43,827 nt of DNA from Diploschistes diacapsis (lineage: Eukaryota): the NCBI GenBank assembly GCA_023645945.1, contig JALAIB010000032.1, positions 1 through 43,827 on the forward strand, given 5' to 3'. Below, piece after piece: positions 32,941 to 43,827 of the stretch (its first letter is position 1; every line of letters starts with the position of its first letter). The notes beneath the pieces were generated by a model. The model did no database searches, was not told where the DNA came from, and was given only the letters and a program-made list of their open reading frames with translations. Position numbers and translations under genes: made by a program.

Positions 32941-33810
32941 ATGTCGGACTCAGAAGTAGAACAACTGCTACCAACATCTGCGGCTTCGGAGCGCGAGCTT
33001 GTTCGTCTTTGGCGCGCATGGAGGACAGTCAACCAGATGTGTCAAGATAGGGTAATAGAGAAAGCGCTTGTCGGAAAGGCATGTCAAGAGCACACTAACC
33101 AGTCGCATTAGGGCTATGAGCTATCCGACGAAGAAGTCAATGTATCTTTAGACGACTTCAAGCGCAAATTCTCAGATAGCGGCATCCCAAGGTACATTAC
33201 TCCTCCTTCAACCGTTCGATTTTGAAAAACATATGCGTCCATTTCCTTACTTTGGAGCTCTCTACTGACTACTAGTGCCCCGAATAGTCGGGCGAAGATG
33301 ACTTTCCAGGCTACTCCATCTCCAGAAATGAACGCAAAGCATACTCCTCTCCCGAGCAAGTCGGATCCCGACCCAGCACCTTTATGTGGGACAATCTGGG
33401 TCGAGTTCGCAAAGACTGCGTCTCTGGGTATAAAACAAATGCGTGATTTTGCGCAGCACATACAAGCGAACAACTTCAAAACCGGTATCCTCATAACCCA
33501 GGCAGCTCTCACCCCGGCGGCCTTGAAAATTGTTCCCGTCGTTCATCCCTCGGTTATCGAGCCCTTCTTAGAGAGCGATCTGCTTGTCAATATCACGCAC
33601 CACGAACTGGTACCAAAACACGTGCTGCTAAGTGCCGAGGAAAAGAAAAAGCTGCTAGAGAGGTACCGACTCAAGGAGAGTCAATTGCCGAGGATACAAG
33701 TCGGAGATCCTGTAGCGAGATATCTCGGTTTGAAGAGAGGGCATGTTGTGAAAATAATCAGGAAGAGTGAAACGGCAGGTCGCTATGCCAGCTACCGGTG
33801 GGTGATTTGA
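32941..33810 (+). CDS. RPB5: RNA polymerases I/II/III common subunit Rpb5; exons 32941-33051, 33112-33191, 33288-33810
   Basis: '[18 protein letters not shown]', '[17 protein letters not shown]', '[43 protein letters not shown]'. Confidence 0.97.
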
Positions 33811-34505
33811 GCCTACATCCCCAGAAACAGTTGGTATGCGCGGCATACAAAGAGTTCGAGTTCAGTCGTATCGGATAAGGGTGCGGCAAGCTTTTCTACA
33901 GAGCACAGCGCGGCGTTTGGGAGAAAGGCAATGATCATGAAATTTCAGAAGGACTTCGGAGCTGTAATTAGCAGAGATGATACTAATTACTCAAAGTTTG
34001 CATTGTGGCAAGTGAGCGAACGACATTAATGAAATACTTCGAAGATAAAAAGGAAGATTTGTTTCATGAATATCGGATCTGTATTCAATTTCCTGTTTTT
34101 TCTGCAATAATGATAGCTCCCGGATATCTACTGTATACAATGCTCGGTATCGTAGCTATAAACGGTAGGGGTAGGTCAAGGCGATAACGTGCTTCTGAAG
34201 GTAGAGTCAAGGAAAGTTGGTAACGCAATCAGCATGTAAATGACGGCCTAGAAATCCATCGAAACAAAGCAGCACGGTGGTGGTTCGATTCCAGTTGCGC
34301 TCTCTACGTGTACATAGGAGTATGGTATGCTAGGAGTTGATGATCGTTACAATCGTCTGAAAACGTGGCAGACTAAAGAAATAAGGCTCTCCTGAGATTC
34401 GGTGCTCACTCTCAATCATTCTTGTTTGTGGTAAGAGGGATTGTTCGTGCTTGAGAATTGCTCAACATGCATTCGTGATATCTCAGTCCTGTTTCCCAAT
34501 TCGCC

Positions 34506-36832
34506 ATGGGAAACCCTCCAGCGGTGGTCATAATTGTTCGGTGCGTGCGAAGTCAAGTTGATGGTCGCGAATACTAAGTAGAGTAAGACATGGTGCACGT
34601 CTAGATGCTGCAGACCCTCAATGGCATCTGACTTCCCCCACACCTTACGATCCGCCATTGACATACGGCGGATGGACACAGTGTCGGGCCCTTGGGCTTA
34701 GAATTGCCGCCTTGCTCCAAGCCAGGGAAGCCACGTACGACCAAGAGCAGCAAAAGTACGGTGGTGGTAACTCTTTGGAGAAGACGCAATCGCGCGGTCG
34801 AGGGAAGTCTCCCGCGCGAGGCAAACATGCCATACCGAAGCGGAGAAAACACAAAGTAGTGCTACATACATCACCTTTCATTAGGTGCGTTCAGACATCG
34901 ATTGCCATAGGCGCCGGACTTAGCCAGTACCAAGGGCTCCAGCACGAAGCGCAAGCGGCCGCTAAGCAATCAGAGACAGCGGTACAAGAACGCACCCGGA
35001 AGGTAAGTACAAAATCAAGTACTACAGCGAAGTCTCCCTTGCACACCATCAAAGATGACGAGGATGGAGAAATTCAGAAGGACGGAACTCCGGATCGCGC
35101 AGCTATAGTGGATGACCAGGCCAAGCCGTCTCCAAAGATCAAGTTGAGACTGGATGCCTTTCTTGGAGAATGGCTGACTCCGGAGTATTACGAGTCGATT
35201 ACGCATCCGCCAGACTCGAGATTTATGCTGGCTGGAGTTAAGTCAGAGCTTCTGAGAAGGGGAGACTACGTAGAGGGCCCGGAGCTGCCAACAGAGTCGA
35301 AGAAGGGTTACGGGCCTGGTTTATGGGGAAGTCCCAATCTTGTGCTCCAAAATACAGCAGGTACCCCCTCCGACATCTCGAACCTCTCACTCAAATCGCC
35401 TATCCAGCTCTCGAAGCGTGACAGAGCCTCGACATTTGGCTCGGTGTTCGCCAAAAAAGACAAGCCAGAGCTTAGTGCCAGAGCCCTCCCAGGTGGATAC
35501 GTCCCCCCAACCCCCCGCTACGCCATCTCACCTTTAGACCCAATACCCAAAGGCTACGTCGCTCATGCCCGAGATGCCTGCGTCGACGTGGATTACCAGT
35601 GGGATAGTACTCGTCCACCCAGCGACTGGGGCGATGGCGGCACATATGGTGAAGAGTGGAGCTCGATGCATAAGCGCTTCCGTAATGGCATCCAGAAGAT
35701 GGTCCATTGGTACCGTATCCACCAGACCTCTGCTTTGCGGCAAACAGGGCATCCTAGAAACCTCCATCCCATCCATCCCGGCGCCTCTGAGGACGAAGAC
35801 ACAGACACAGTCCTCATCCTCGTAACGCACGGTGCAGGCTGCAACGCCCTTATCGGCGCCCTGACGGACCAGCCCGTTCTTCTAGACGTAGGAATGGCCT
35901 CCCTAACTATGGCCATATACAAAGAGAAACGCCAAGAAGACAACTCCAACGCCAATCCGCCCAAACCCTCTCCTTCCTCTCCTTTCCCCTCATCATCATC
36001 ATCTCCACCCCGTCATCGACAACCACAAAATCCTGACAATCCCCTCTCCGCCGAGTACATTGTCGTCATCACCGCCTCCGTCGAGCACCTCCGCGCCGAC
36101 AGCACCCCCCTCACCATCCCCCTCCTGCAAAACCCGAGCCTCCAGCTGCAAGCCGATTTCCCCTCCCTATCCTCACAGCCAAGCTACCGCCCCACCCGCA
36201 GCGCCACAACAAGCCACTCCCGCTACCGCCTCAGCAACTCCTCTATGGTCACGCAATCACCCATCGACCTCCCGACAACACACTGGGCATCAACATGGCG
36301 CCAACCCAGCGGCGGGAGCGCAGCAAATGTGCCCAGCTCCGGTGGAAGGGAGGACTGGCTGGGCGGCGGCGGCAGCACCAGTGGCGCTTCCGCCGCCACC
36401 GCTGCCGCCATGAACCACGTGCGGTCCAATTCAGCTGGTCTTTGGGCGCCGCCTGTGCTTGATAAAGCGCATGCGCAGAGCGTCGTCGCTAGAGCGGAGA
36501 CCGCGCGCGAGGAGAAGCATGAGTATGATGCCAAGGCAACGATGGTGGCTGACGACGGCGAGCGGTCGAGGCCGCCGCCTACGAGGGAGGGCACGGCGAA
36601 GGGGCAGGTGCCGACAATGGGACCTGTAGCGCATGGCGAGGGGAAAGAGGGAGAGGATAAGGAGGGCGAGGAGGAGGGGAACGAAGCGGAAGAAGATGAG
36701 AATGGTGGAGAGAGCGAGCTTTGGGGTCAGAGTTCCGGGCACGGCCAGACAGGGTTGCGGAATCCTGTTAGGCCGGAGGTGAGGGAGAGGTGGGAGGGGC
36801 CGAAGCGAAGGTGGACTATTAATGATCAGTGA
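34506..36832 (+). CDS. Histidine phosphatase (phosphoglycerate mutase-like) family protein; intron 34541-34587
   Basis: Spliced 'MGNPPAVVIIVRHGARLDAAD' (RHG motif), 'DPPLTYGGW', 'HTSPFIRCVQT', 'DAFLGEW', 'ILVTHGAGCNAL'. Confidence 0.88.
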
Positions 36833-37228
36833 TATGGAAAGGAGAGTTGAGTTTAAGGCGCGTGGCGAAGAGAGCGGCATGAAGGTGATTTGAGCAATGT
36901 AGTGCGATGTAGGGTGGATATGTCATTGAAGCGGAATAACTATGCGATGTTGGTTCGAATGTGAAGACCGAGATGGTATCGTGATTGATCTCTATCATAA
37001 AGAGCGCCAAATTCGTTTAGTGCTTTGTATTCTCGATAGGTTTCCAGATCCTGGGTATCGTGCCCCATATCCCGCTGCGCCCAAACCCTAGTGCATTAAG
37101 TACCGTAATGGCGAATATCGAATCTCGATTGCCAAAAAAAAAACCTTATACTAAACATTACACCACTGGCTAGTGGTTTGACTTTTTCCCGATCCATTGC
37201 CTAGCCCGGAAAGGCGATCGCAAATGCC

Positions 37229-38380
37229 TTATAACATCCAAGCAAAGACCCCTGGTAAGATGAGCGCTACCATGGCCACAAGCACGGATGGCAGAGATAT
37301 TACACTCGCAGCGCCAAGGAATGGGCTAAAAGGAATGATGGTCGCACTTGGACCGCTGCCAGTTATTATCGATGTTGCGGTGCCAGCAATGATGAGGGTG
37401 CCAGTAGCATTGTAAGCGAGGGAGACCACGGAAGTAACGGTCGTAGTAGGACTCAGTGTCGGACCTGAGCCCGCACCACCAGCAGAGCTGGCAGCACCTC
37501 CTGAACCAGCAGCACCACCTGTTGCTGAAGCCGTAGCGACAGCAGAGGAGCCCTGCGAGGCAGCTTGGGGGGTCAACGTACTAACGACGCCCGTACTCGA
37601 TGCAACAGTACTGTGAGCAATTGGCGTTGGTCTGAGTGGGCCAGTTACAGTTGTAGCCACGGTTGTTATGTTGAGGGGGATCTGAGTTGTCGTTGAAACC
37701 TGAGCACCGCCTGGTAAACATGTTACACCACCAAGATTGTCGATGAACGACTGCTCGGCTGCAAAGATGAAGTTCGAATCGGCGCTCTCCGGGATTGGCA
37801 CAAGGAAGGCGCTCGACAGCGTAAGAGTAACCCCGCCTACTGTCGTGCATTGGCCGTTGGAAAACACAATTGAGGTTTCTGTGTACGCTGTGAAGACGTT
37901 GTAGGCCGTTGGTGAGGTTCTAGAAGGGATCATACGGTCAGTCATAGATCAAGGTGGCATGGAGGGCATCATACAGTGTCACGCCGCTAAGAGTAATGAT
38001 AGTGTCTGGAGGGAATTGGATTTCGCCTGCGCCTTCTCCACTGGTAGTGATGAGGCCACTCGGGTTGAAACTGAACTCTCCAACCGGCTGCTGAAAGGAC
38101 GTTGTAACGTGGGTGCCATTCTTGCCTACGCCGACTGACACAAGTTGCGTTGCCGTTTCGGTCAGTTGCTCATCGCCAAAGACGATAGCCGCAACGCCAG
38201 CTATCACGTAACATCCACCACAGGTTGGGTTAGCAGAAGCCGGAGCTGTTATGGCAGGGGCCATCGAGCCTAGGTAGCTGTTTATTCGCCATCCTGGATC
38301 GAACAAAAAGGTATCTCGAGCTTACCTTGTCCTGCAGCCAATGCCACCAAGCTCAACAGCGGTAATAGCGAACGCAACAT
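37229..38380 (-). CDS. Secreted Ser/Thr-rich, probably GPI-anchored cell-wall protein; exons 38380-38326, 38269-37975, 37919-37229
   Basis: Signal peptide MLRSLLPLLSLVALAAG; CGGC and 'TLTSPTAYNVFTAY' segments; S/T/G/A-rich linker; hydrophobic tail 'FLGAASVISLPSVLVAMVALILPGVFAWML'. Confidence 0.8.
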
Positions 38381-40962
38381 TAGAAGATATTGACGATTGA
38401 AGAAGCACTACATGGATAGCTTGAATAGCAATAAGGGCAGAAAGTAAAAACAGAGAAATTAGAGATTACGTAGGCTGGAGGAGCTCCAATATGTATGGAT
38501 CGAGAACCAGCACCAGCAGTAGATGGACAGCAACCTCCCCTTGTCTCGAAGCGGCCCATACTACTGAAGCCACTGGAAGCCCCCTACAGGAACAAGTAGA
38601 CAGGAGCAAGCAGCCAGAAGCACTCTTTAACTCGGAAAGGGTACGGTCTTTACTCTTACTTGTAGCAGCCGTTCTCCCGGAGTTGGCCTGACTGAGCACC
38701 ATGACTAAAGCCTTTGCGGGCTACGCACGAAGCTGATCCAGACCGCCATGGGAGTATTTGGGTTTGGCCAAGGTTGTGCCCCCAAAAATTCTAAAGCCGA
38801 TTCGAAACCTAGATGGGAAGCCTTCATCAACAACCACAAATTTCATATGCTCGCTAGTCTCGTACTCTTTATGCTGTCCCACAACGAGTGTGGGCACGCT
38901 GTTGTTCACATATTATAGGGTTATTATGCACAAGCAACATTTTTTGGGCGCATTCTTCTATGGACTTTCTTCTGTGCAACTTGATGGCGGGGTAACTTTC
39001 GAGAGCTGGGTGTGAATCCAAGACTTTATGGTGGGAGTAGCACAGTCCATCCTTATGACTCGGTATTCAAGATCTCAGCCTCGCTCTCGCTAATTCCTGG
39101 ACGGTGACAAAGCCAGCGCTGACACCGATTGATAAAATGGTAGCAATTGTACCCAAGATAACCTGGCCCTCGTACGTACGGCATTTGAACGTTCGTTTCA
39201 CTACCCATAGCTTCGGTAAGTGCTTTGAGCTTACCAAATAGTCTGCCGGAGCTGGTAAATAACAACCGTCGGGTCGACGGGTTCTGAAAGCAAAGACCAA
39301 CCTACTGATATGGAAAGACAAGAGGATGGACGTGGCTCCGTCGGCTCGCTTTGCTTTTTACGCTGGAGGATGCGGTGAGCGAGTGGGGTAAAGTGTAGTG
39401 GAGGAGAAAAAGACTCAACGGATGCATGAGACATGATAAGATGGTGCGGACAAAGTGTAGTGAGCTCAAGCCCCATAAGGCTGCCCGAAGCTAGTCCAGC
39501 ACTAAGGCTTAAACCGCTCTAGCGCCTTTCCGTACACCTTTCCTCTCGTTTTTCTCTGTGCGTTTTTCTCTGTGCATGAGCAATAAATCGACGCAACTTT
39601 CAACTTCTGTCAAAATATATATATGGACCAGCAATTGTTGCGGCTATAGCTGCGCATATAATCTACGACCATACTGGTTTTTGCGTTGGGGCACCCGATT
39701 GTACAGGTTCCACAAACGGTTTCTTTGCATGATGCGGTACTCCCTTTGTTGTCGATATTTGTGCCAGACAAACACGAGCAAGGATCCCAGGCCGCCTCGG
39801 AAAAATGATCAATTTGGGACTAGGAGTTTAGGACACAGCCATGCCGGAGTTTTCAGGTCATCGACCACCATAATCCTCCTGGGTGCCTTTCCGCAGTACG
39901 GACCGTACTAGAGTACAGGAGCTTGCGGGGTATTCGATGGGCGGCCTATCCACTCGTTCACAGCCTCGTCTTGCCTCGTTGAACAGTGGTCTAACTCGTT
40001 GCGCGAATTTGCAGGTTGTTATTATTAGACTTCAATGTGTCCTTCCAACGGAGTACTTGCCGAGAGTTTAATAAGTGTGATCACTGCGTGAGCATCGCTG
40101 TTACTTTGCCTTTAGCTTACATATATCTGGGCAGAGCAGAGCATCTCCAGTCGGGGATGTCGCAATTAATGTTACTTTACCAATGCCCTGGGGAACAACT
40201 AGAGCCTTGGCTACACGTGGAACGTATCGAGTTTTGCTGGAAAAAAGGATAATAAGCACGGCGCAATTGCTTAGGCTTACGGGATTACTGTTAGCATCGC
40301 GAAGTGCACGAAGTTCCTTTTTCTCCACCTTGATTGCGCCTTCGTTTCCCGCTTCCTATGGCCATGTGACCGTTCGCAAAGCATTGGTAACAAGACATGG
40401 CGTGCGAACAGGCGCTTTCCCTTTACAAAGGTGGTTGTGAACAAGTCAGTGGTAGAAGACATGTCGTGCCACAGTGATTGGGAATTTAAAAGGTGCGCCT
40501 TGTCAACCATTTTGGGCCACTAGCCTCATATGGCGTTAAAATATGCCGATCTTATTGTCCGATTTCTGGGCCTCCGTTCATGTCTACTGCCAGCTGTGGT
40601 TAACTCCCTCCCCTCCCTGCTGCGATAGCCTCAGCCTAAATGTTTGGTAGTTGGATTATGTTCCCGGTCTTACAGGCTCCACGCAAGCAGAGTCCAGCCC
40701 ATCGTCGATGCCCCTGCTTTATTTATCCACCGATCAGAACCACCGCATAGCTGTAAGAATTCCATCTCACTCATCCATGCTATTTCCCCAAATAGCTTCC
40801 GAGCCTCGTGGCTCTGATACTTCGAGTGCTGTTTGCCTTTTGCTCCTGATTCTTCTACGTAGCTCTTCTTGATCCTCAATCGGCGACAAGTTTGAATATT
40901 TCGTGTTTGAAGGCCGTAATTTCGGACGGTGTTTATCGGTTTAAAACATTATCAGAAGCAAA

Positions 40963-43305
40963 ATGGGCGGGACGCCCAATGCCATATCTGTTTCTCCAAC
41001 CAAATACTAGTATGTGGCCTCTGTTAATGAACGGCTTTCCATTCATTTTCTCTTACGGGTTAATAATTGTGTTGTGTAGCCTTGGTGATGATGGGAACTG
41101 GTCAACATTCGAGATCAATGTAGGAACTCCACCGCAGCCGTTATTTGTGCTCCCATCAACGCTGGTACCGGCGACCTGGGCTGTTTTACCGGAAGGCTGT
41201 GGCGGGAGTGCTCCATTGAATTGCGACGTGGTCCGCGGAAATGTCTTTGACAGTACTCTATCCTCGACATGGAAGTCTATAGGTTCCTATACGCTTGCTG
41301 TCGAATCTGAATTTGGCTGGGCAAAGGACGACGCCGGAAACTATGGGTTTGATAACCTCCTTCTGAGCGTCCCGCAAGAAATTCTCTCTATCCACCAGAC
41401 GGTTGTCGCCGGAATCCAGACTACTGATTCCTATCTTGGTGTACTTGGTCTTGCTGCACGCAACTTCACTATGGGCGAGACGAATTACACAAGCCTGCTT
41501 GGTTCACTCCGGAACTTAAATCAAATCCCTAGTCTGTCCTATAGTTATACCGCCGGTGCCTATTATAGTAAGTCTGTAAACCGTAAACCTACGCCCCGTT
41601 AGCTCACCGATCGACAGACAACACACCCGCTAGTTTGACCTTTGGCGGCTTTGACAGTTCGCGTTTCAAGCCAAATGGTATCAGCTTTGACTTTAGCTCG
41701 GATCCGATCAAATATCTCAATCTTGGCCTACAATCTATCTCTTTCACTGGCGCGGACGGGAGAACTACGAATCTGCTTTCAGATGCTATTACGACCTACA
41801 TAGACTCAACAATCTCAGCTTTCTGGCTGCCCAACGACACCTGTACCGCATTCGCCAATGCCTATGGGCTTCAATTTAATGCCTTGGACCAACTCTACAT
41901 CATTAACGCTACGCAACATGCCCTTAATACCAAGAACAATCCTCAAGTATCTTTTCAGCTTGGCAACACCGTTGCTGGCGGATCATCCATTTCTATCAAC
42001 TTCCCTTACAACGCGTTCAACATGACCTTCAATAATCCAACAAATGCCAATGCTCCTTCATTACAAATCTTTCCCCTGCGACAAGCACTAACCGCCAATG
42101 ACTATACTCTAGGCCGGGCATTTCTTCAGGAGGCGGTTTTAACCGTGGACTTTGAGAGGCAAAACTTTTCCCTCGCACAAGCACTTCCCATTTCACAGGC
42201 GACACAGTCGCAGATCATTAACATCATCTCTCCTTCCGATGAGACCAGCTCTGGTCCAGGAGGAACCTCGACCTCGTCACCATCAAATCCTTCTTCTACT
42301 GCAGTCACTTCCATTGCGGCGCCATCATCCTCTTCCATTTCGACTGGAGCAATCGCGGCGATTGTGATCGCTGTTGTCGCTATCATTGCGGCCGCGCTAG
42401 GATTCTGGCGCTGGAAGCGCAAGCAACAGAGGAAGCTCAAACGTCATGGTGACGCTACGATGGCTCCTGAAAAGCCACTAATACCAGAGCTCGCGACCAT
42501 CAAATCTCCAATGACCGACTACTTTCCAATTCAGTCGAGCAAATCAGGTCCCCACATCACGGTCTCTGCATCCGAAATTGGCGAGCTAGAATCCCCAAGA
42601 CTCCGTGGTATAACACTCGATCAACCTCAGCATGGCGCTGCTTCTGCTATTAGAAGCAACCCTGCTGAGCTACCAGCCGGTGGAGACCCAGCTGCATCAG
42701 AATTAGAATCCTGCGCAACCTCTATTTATTCCGGCTCGCCTCCGCAGCTCAGCTCGCCTTTCGCAGACCTATCCCCAGATATCAGCCGCTTGTCCTCACC
42801 CACAGCTGCTTCAGCAGCCGAAGGAACTTGGGGAACTTCGCATATGGAAGCCGCTAGCCCTGGAAGCGTGCGGTCGGTAGCCATCAATGCCATCAGGGGG
42901 GAAGCGCGCATTGTCTCCCACAACAAGAAGTCTCGAAGTCCCAAGCACGGCTCGCCGCACGGCAGCTCAGACAATTGGGGCCCGATCATGGCCATTGGCT
43001 CCACTGGTCTGCCGGTTTCGGGACTTTCTCAAGGGGACGAAATTCAAAGAACCAACTCCCGACAAAGAAGTAACCGGGACAGCCAGACCACGCTCGTCGG
43101 AGGCGGCCTCAGTGGACGCACAAGCCCAGAGGGAGGGATCGGGACGAACTCCAGTTTCAGCCTGAGCGCACTTAGCAGTCCGCGATTGAACACTTTCCAA
43201 CGGTCAGCAGCTCGGTTTGGAGATAATGGGGCAGAAGGCGCATTTCTAGAAGATCGTAGTGACGTACAGACGCCAAGCGACTTGGGTGAGGGTTCCACAA
43301 GGTGA
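40963..43305 (+). CDS. Type I membrane aspartic-protease-like (pepsin fold) protein; introns 41010-41079 and 41568-41617; true start unresolved
   Basis: 'GDDGNWSTFEINVGTPPQ', 'IPSLSYSYTAGAYY', 'SLTFGGFD', 'IDSTI', 'YTLGRAFLQEAVLTVDFERQNFSLAQA'; TM helix at about 42346-42414 followed by KRKQQRK. Confidence 0.85.
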
Positions 43306-43827
43306 CGCTTTTCTGATTGCAGATTTTTCTCTCTCCTTTATACGTTTCCTAACGAATACACGCTTGATTCATTCTGGTCTGATATCGTCCGATTCAGCTT
43401 ACGAAGCGATCATGACTTATTTCTTTATAATGCATTGCGATTTGGGAAAAATGGTGGTCAGGAGAAACAGGATCTTGGGGCGGGTATACCATGGGAGGAA
43501 CACTTTCCTTGAAAGGGACGGGATGGTTTCGGGGGGAAAACTCCTTCTACCCGATCTTGCGTCCTAAATCAGGCACGAATGGCTTGTCTCTAATTTACTG
43601 TTCTGCATCGATAGTACTTGCGCCACGCGTTGTTGCAAAGCCGTTCGAAAGTCGAGCATCATATCAGAACAGTCTCGCAAAAATTTCCCAGTGCCCTCGC
43701 CCTGCTTCAGTACCAAAATTCGTTTATTTTATCTAAATATAGATTACTCACCCCATGAAACCCCCCAGAATCTCATTCGCCCTCTTCAGCACCTCCCTCT
43801 CCCCCTGCGTCTGGCCCTCCCCTACAT

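Noticed and set aside
1..43827. Secondary-metabolite cluster, Starship, retrotransposon or horizontally acquired bacterial block
   Set aside because: No PKS/NRPS/terpene synthase, tyrosine recombinase, RT/integrase or operon-like genes; the genes are ordinary fungal core genes.

Overview
Eukaryotic DNA from a filamentous ascomycete (Pezizomycotina), judged by short GT-AG introns with CTRAC-type branch points and typical fungal proteins. It is a gene-dense, mostly housekeeping region. I could build about 19 protein-coding genes by hand: BIR1, TAM41, a PDK1/Ksg1 kinase, a Cdc26-like-motif protein, bli-3, glutaminase GtaA, flbE, DPH5, SPT3, SNU23/ZMAT2, PPM1, AP-2 sigma, a small secreted Cys protein, BFR1, RPB5, a histidine-phosphatase-family protein, a probable GPI cell-wall protein and a transmembrane aspartic-protease-like protein. 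I found no rRNA, complete tRNA or CRISPR array, and no clearly new multi-gene system. The most notable observations are: (1) a 991-bp non-autonomous DNA transposon (25-bp TIRs, perfect 8-bp TSD, RIP-like damage) just upstream of the bli-3 promoter; (2) a bli-3 5' intron whose alternative donors would either delete or splice in-frame a mitochondrial-presequence-like extension; (3) AAG 3' splice sites in about 7 of 32 modelled introns; (4) a secreted Cys-rich gene with a TGA where the Cys pattern suggests a Cys; (5) decayed genes in long intergenic gaps. Family assignments come from recognising motifs, not from database searches.
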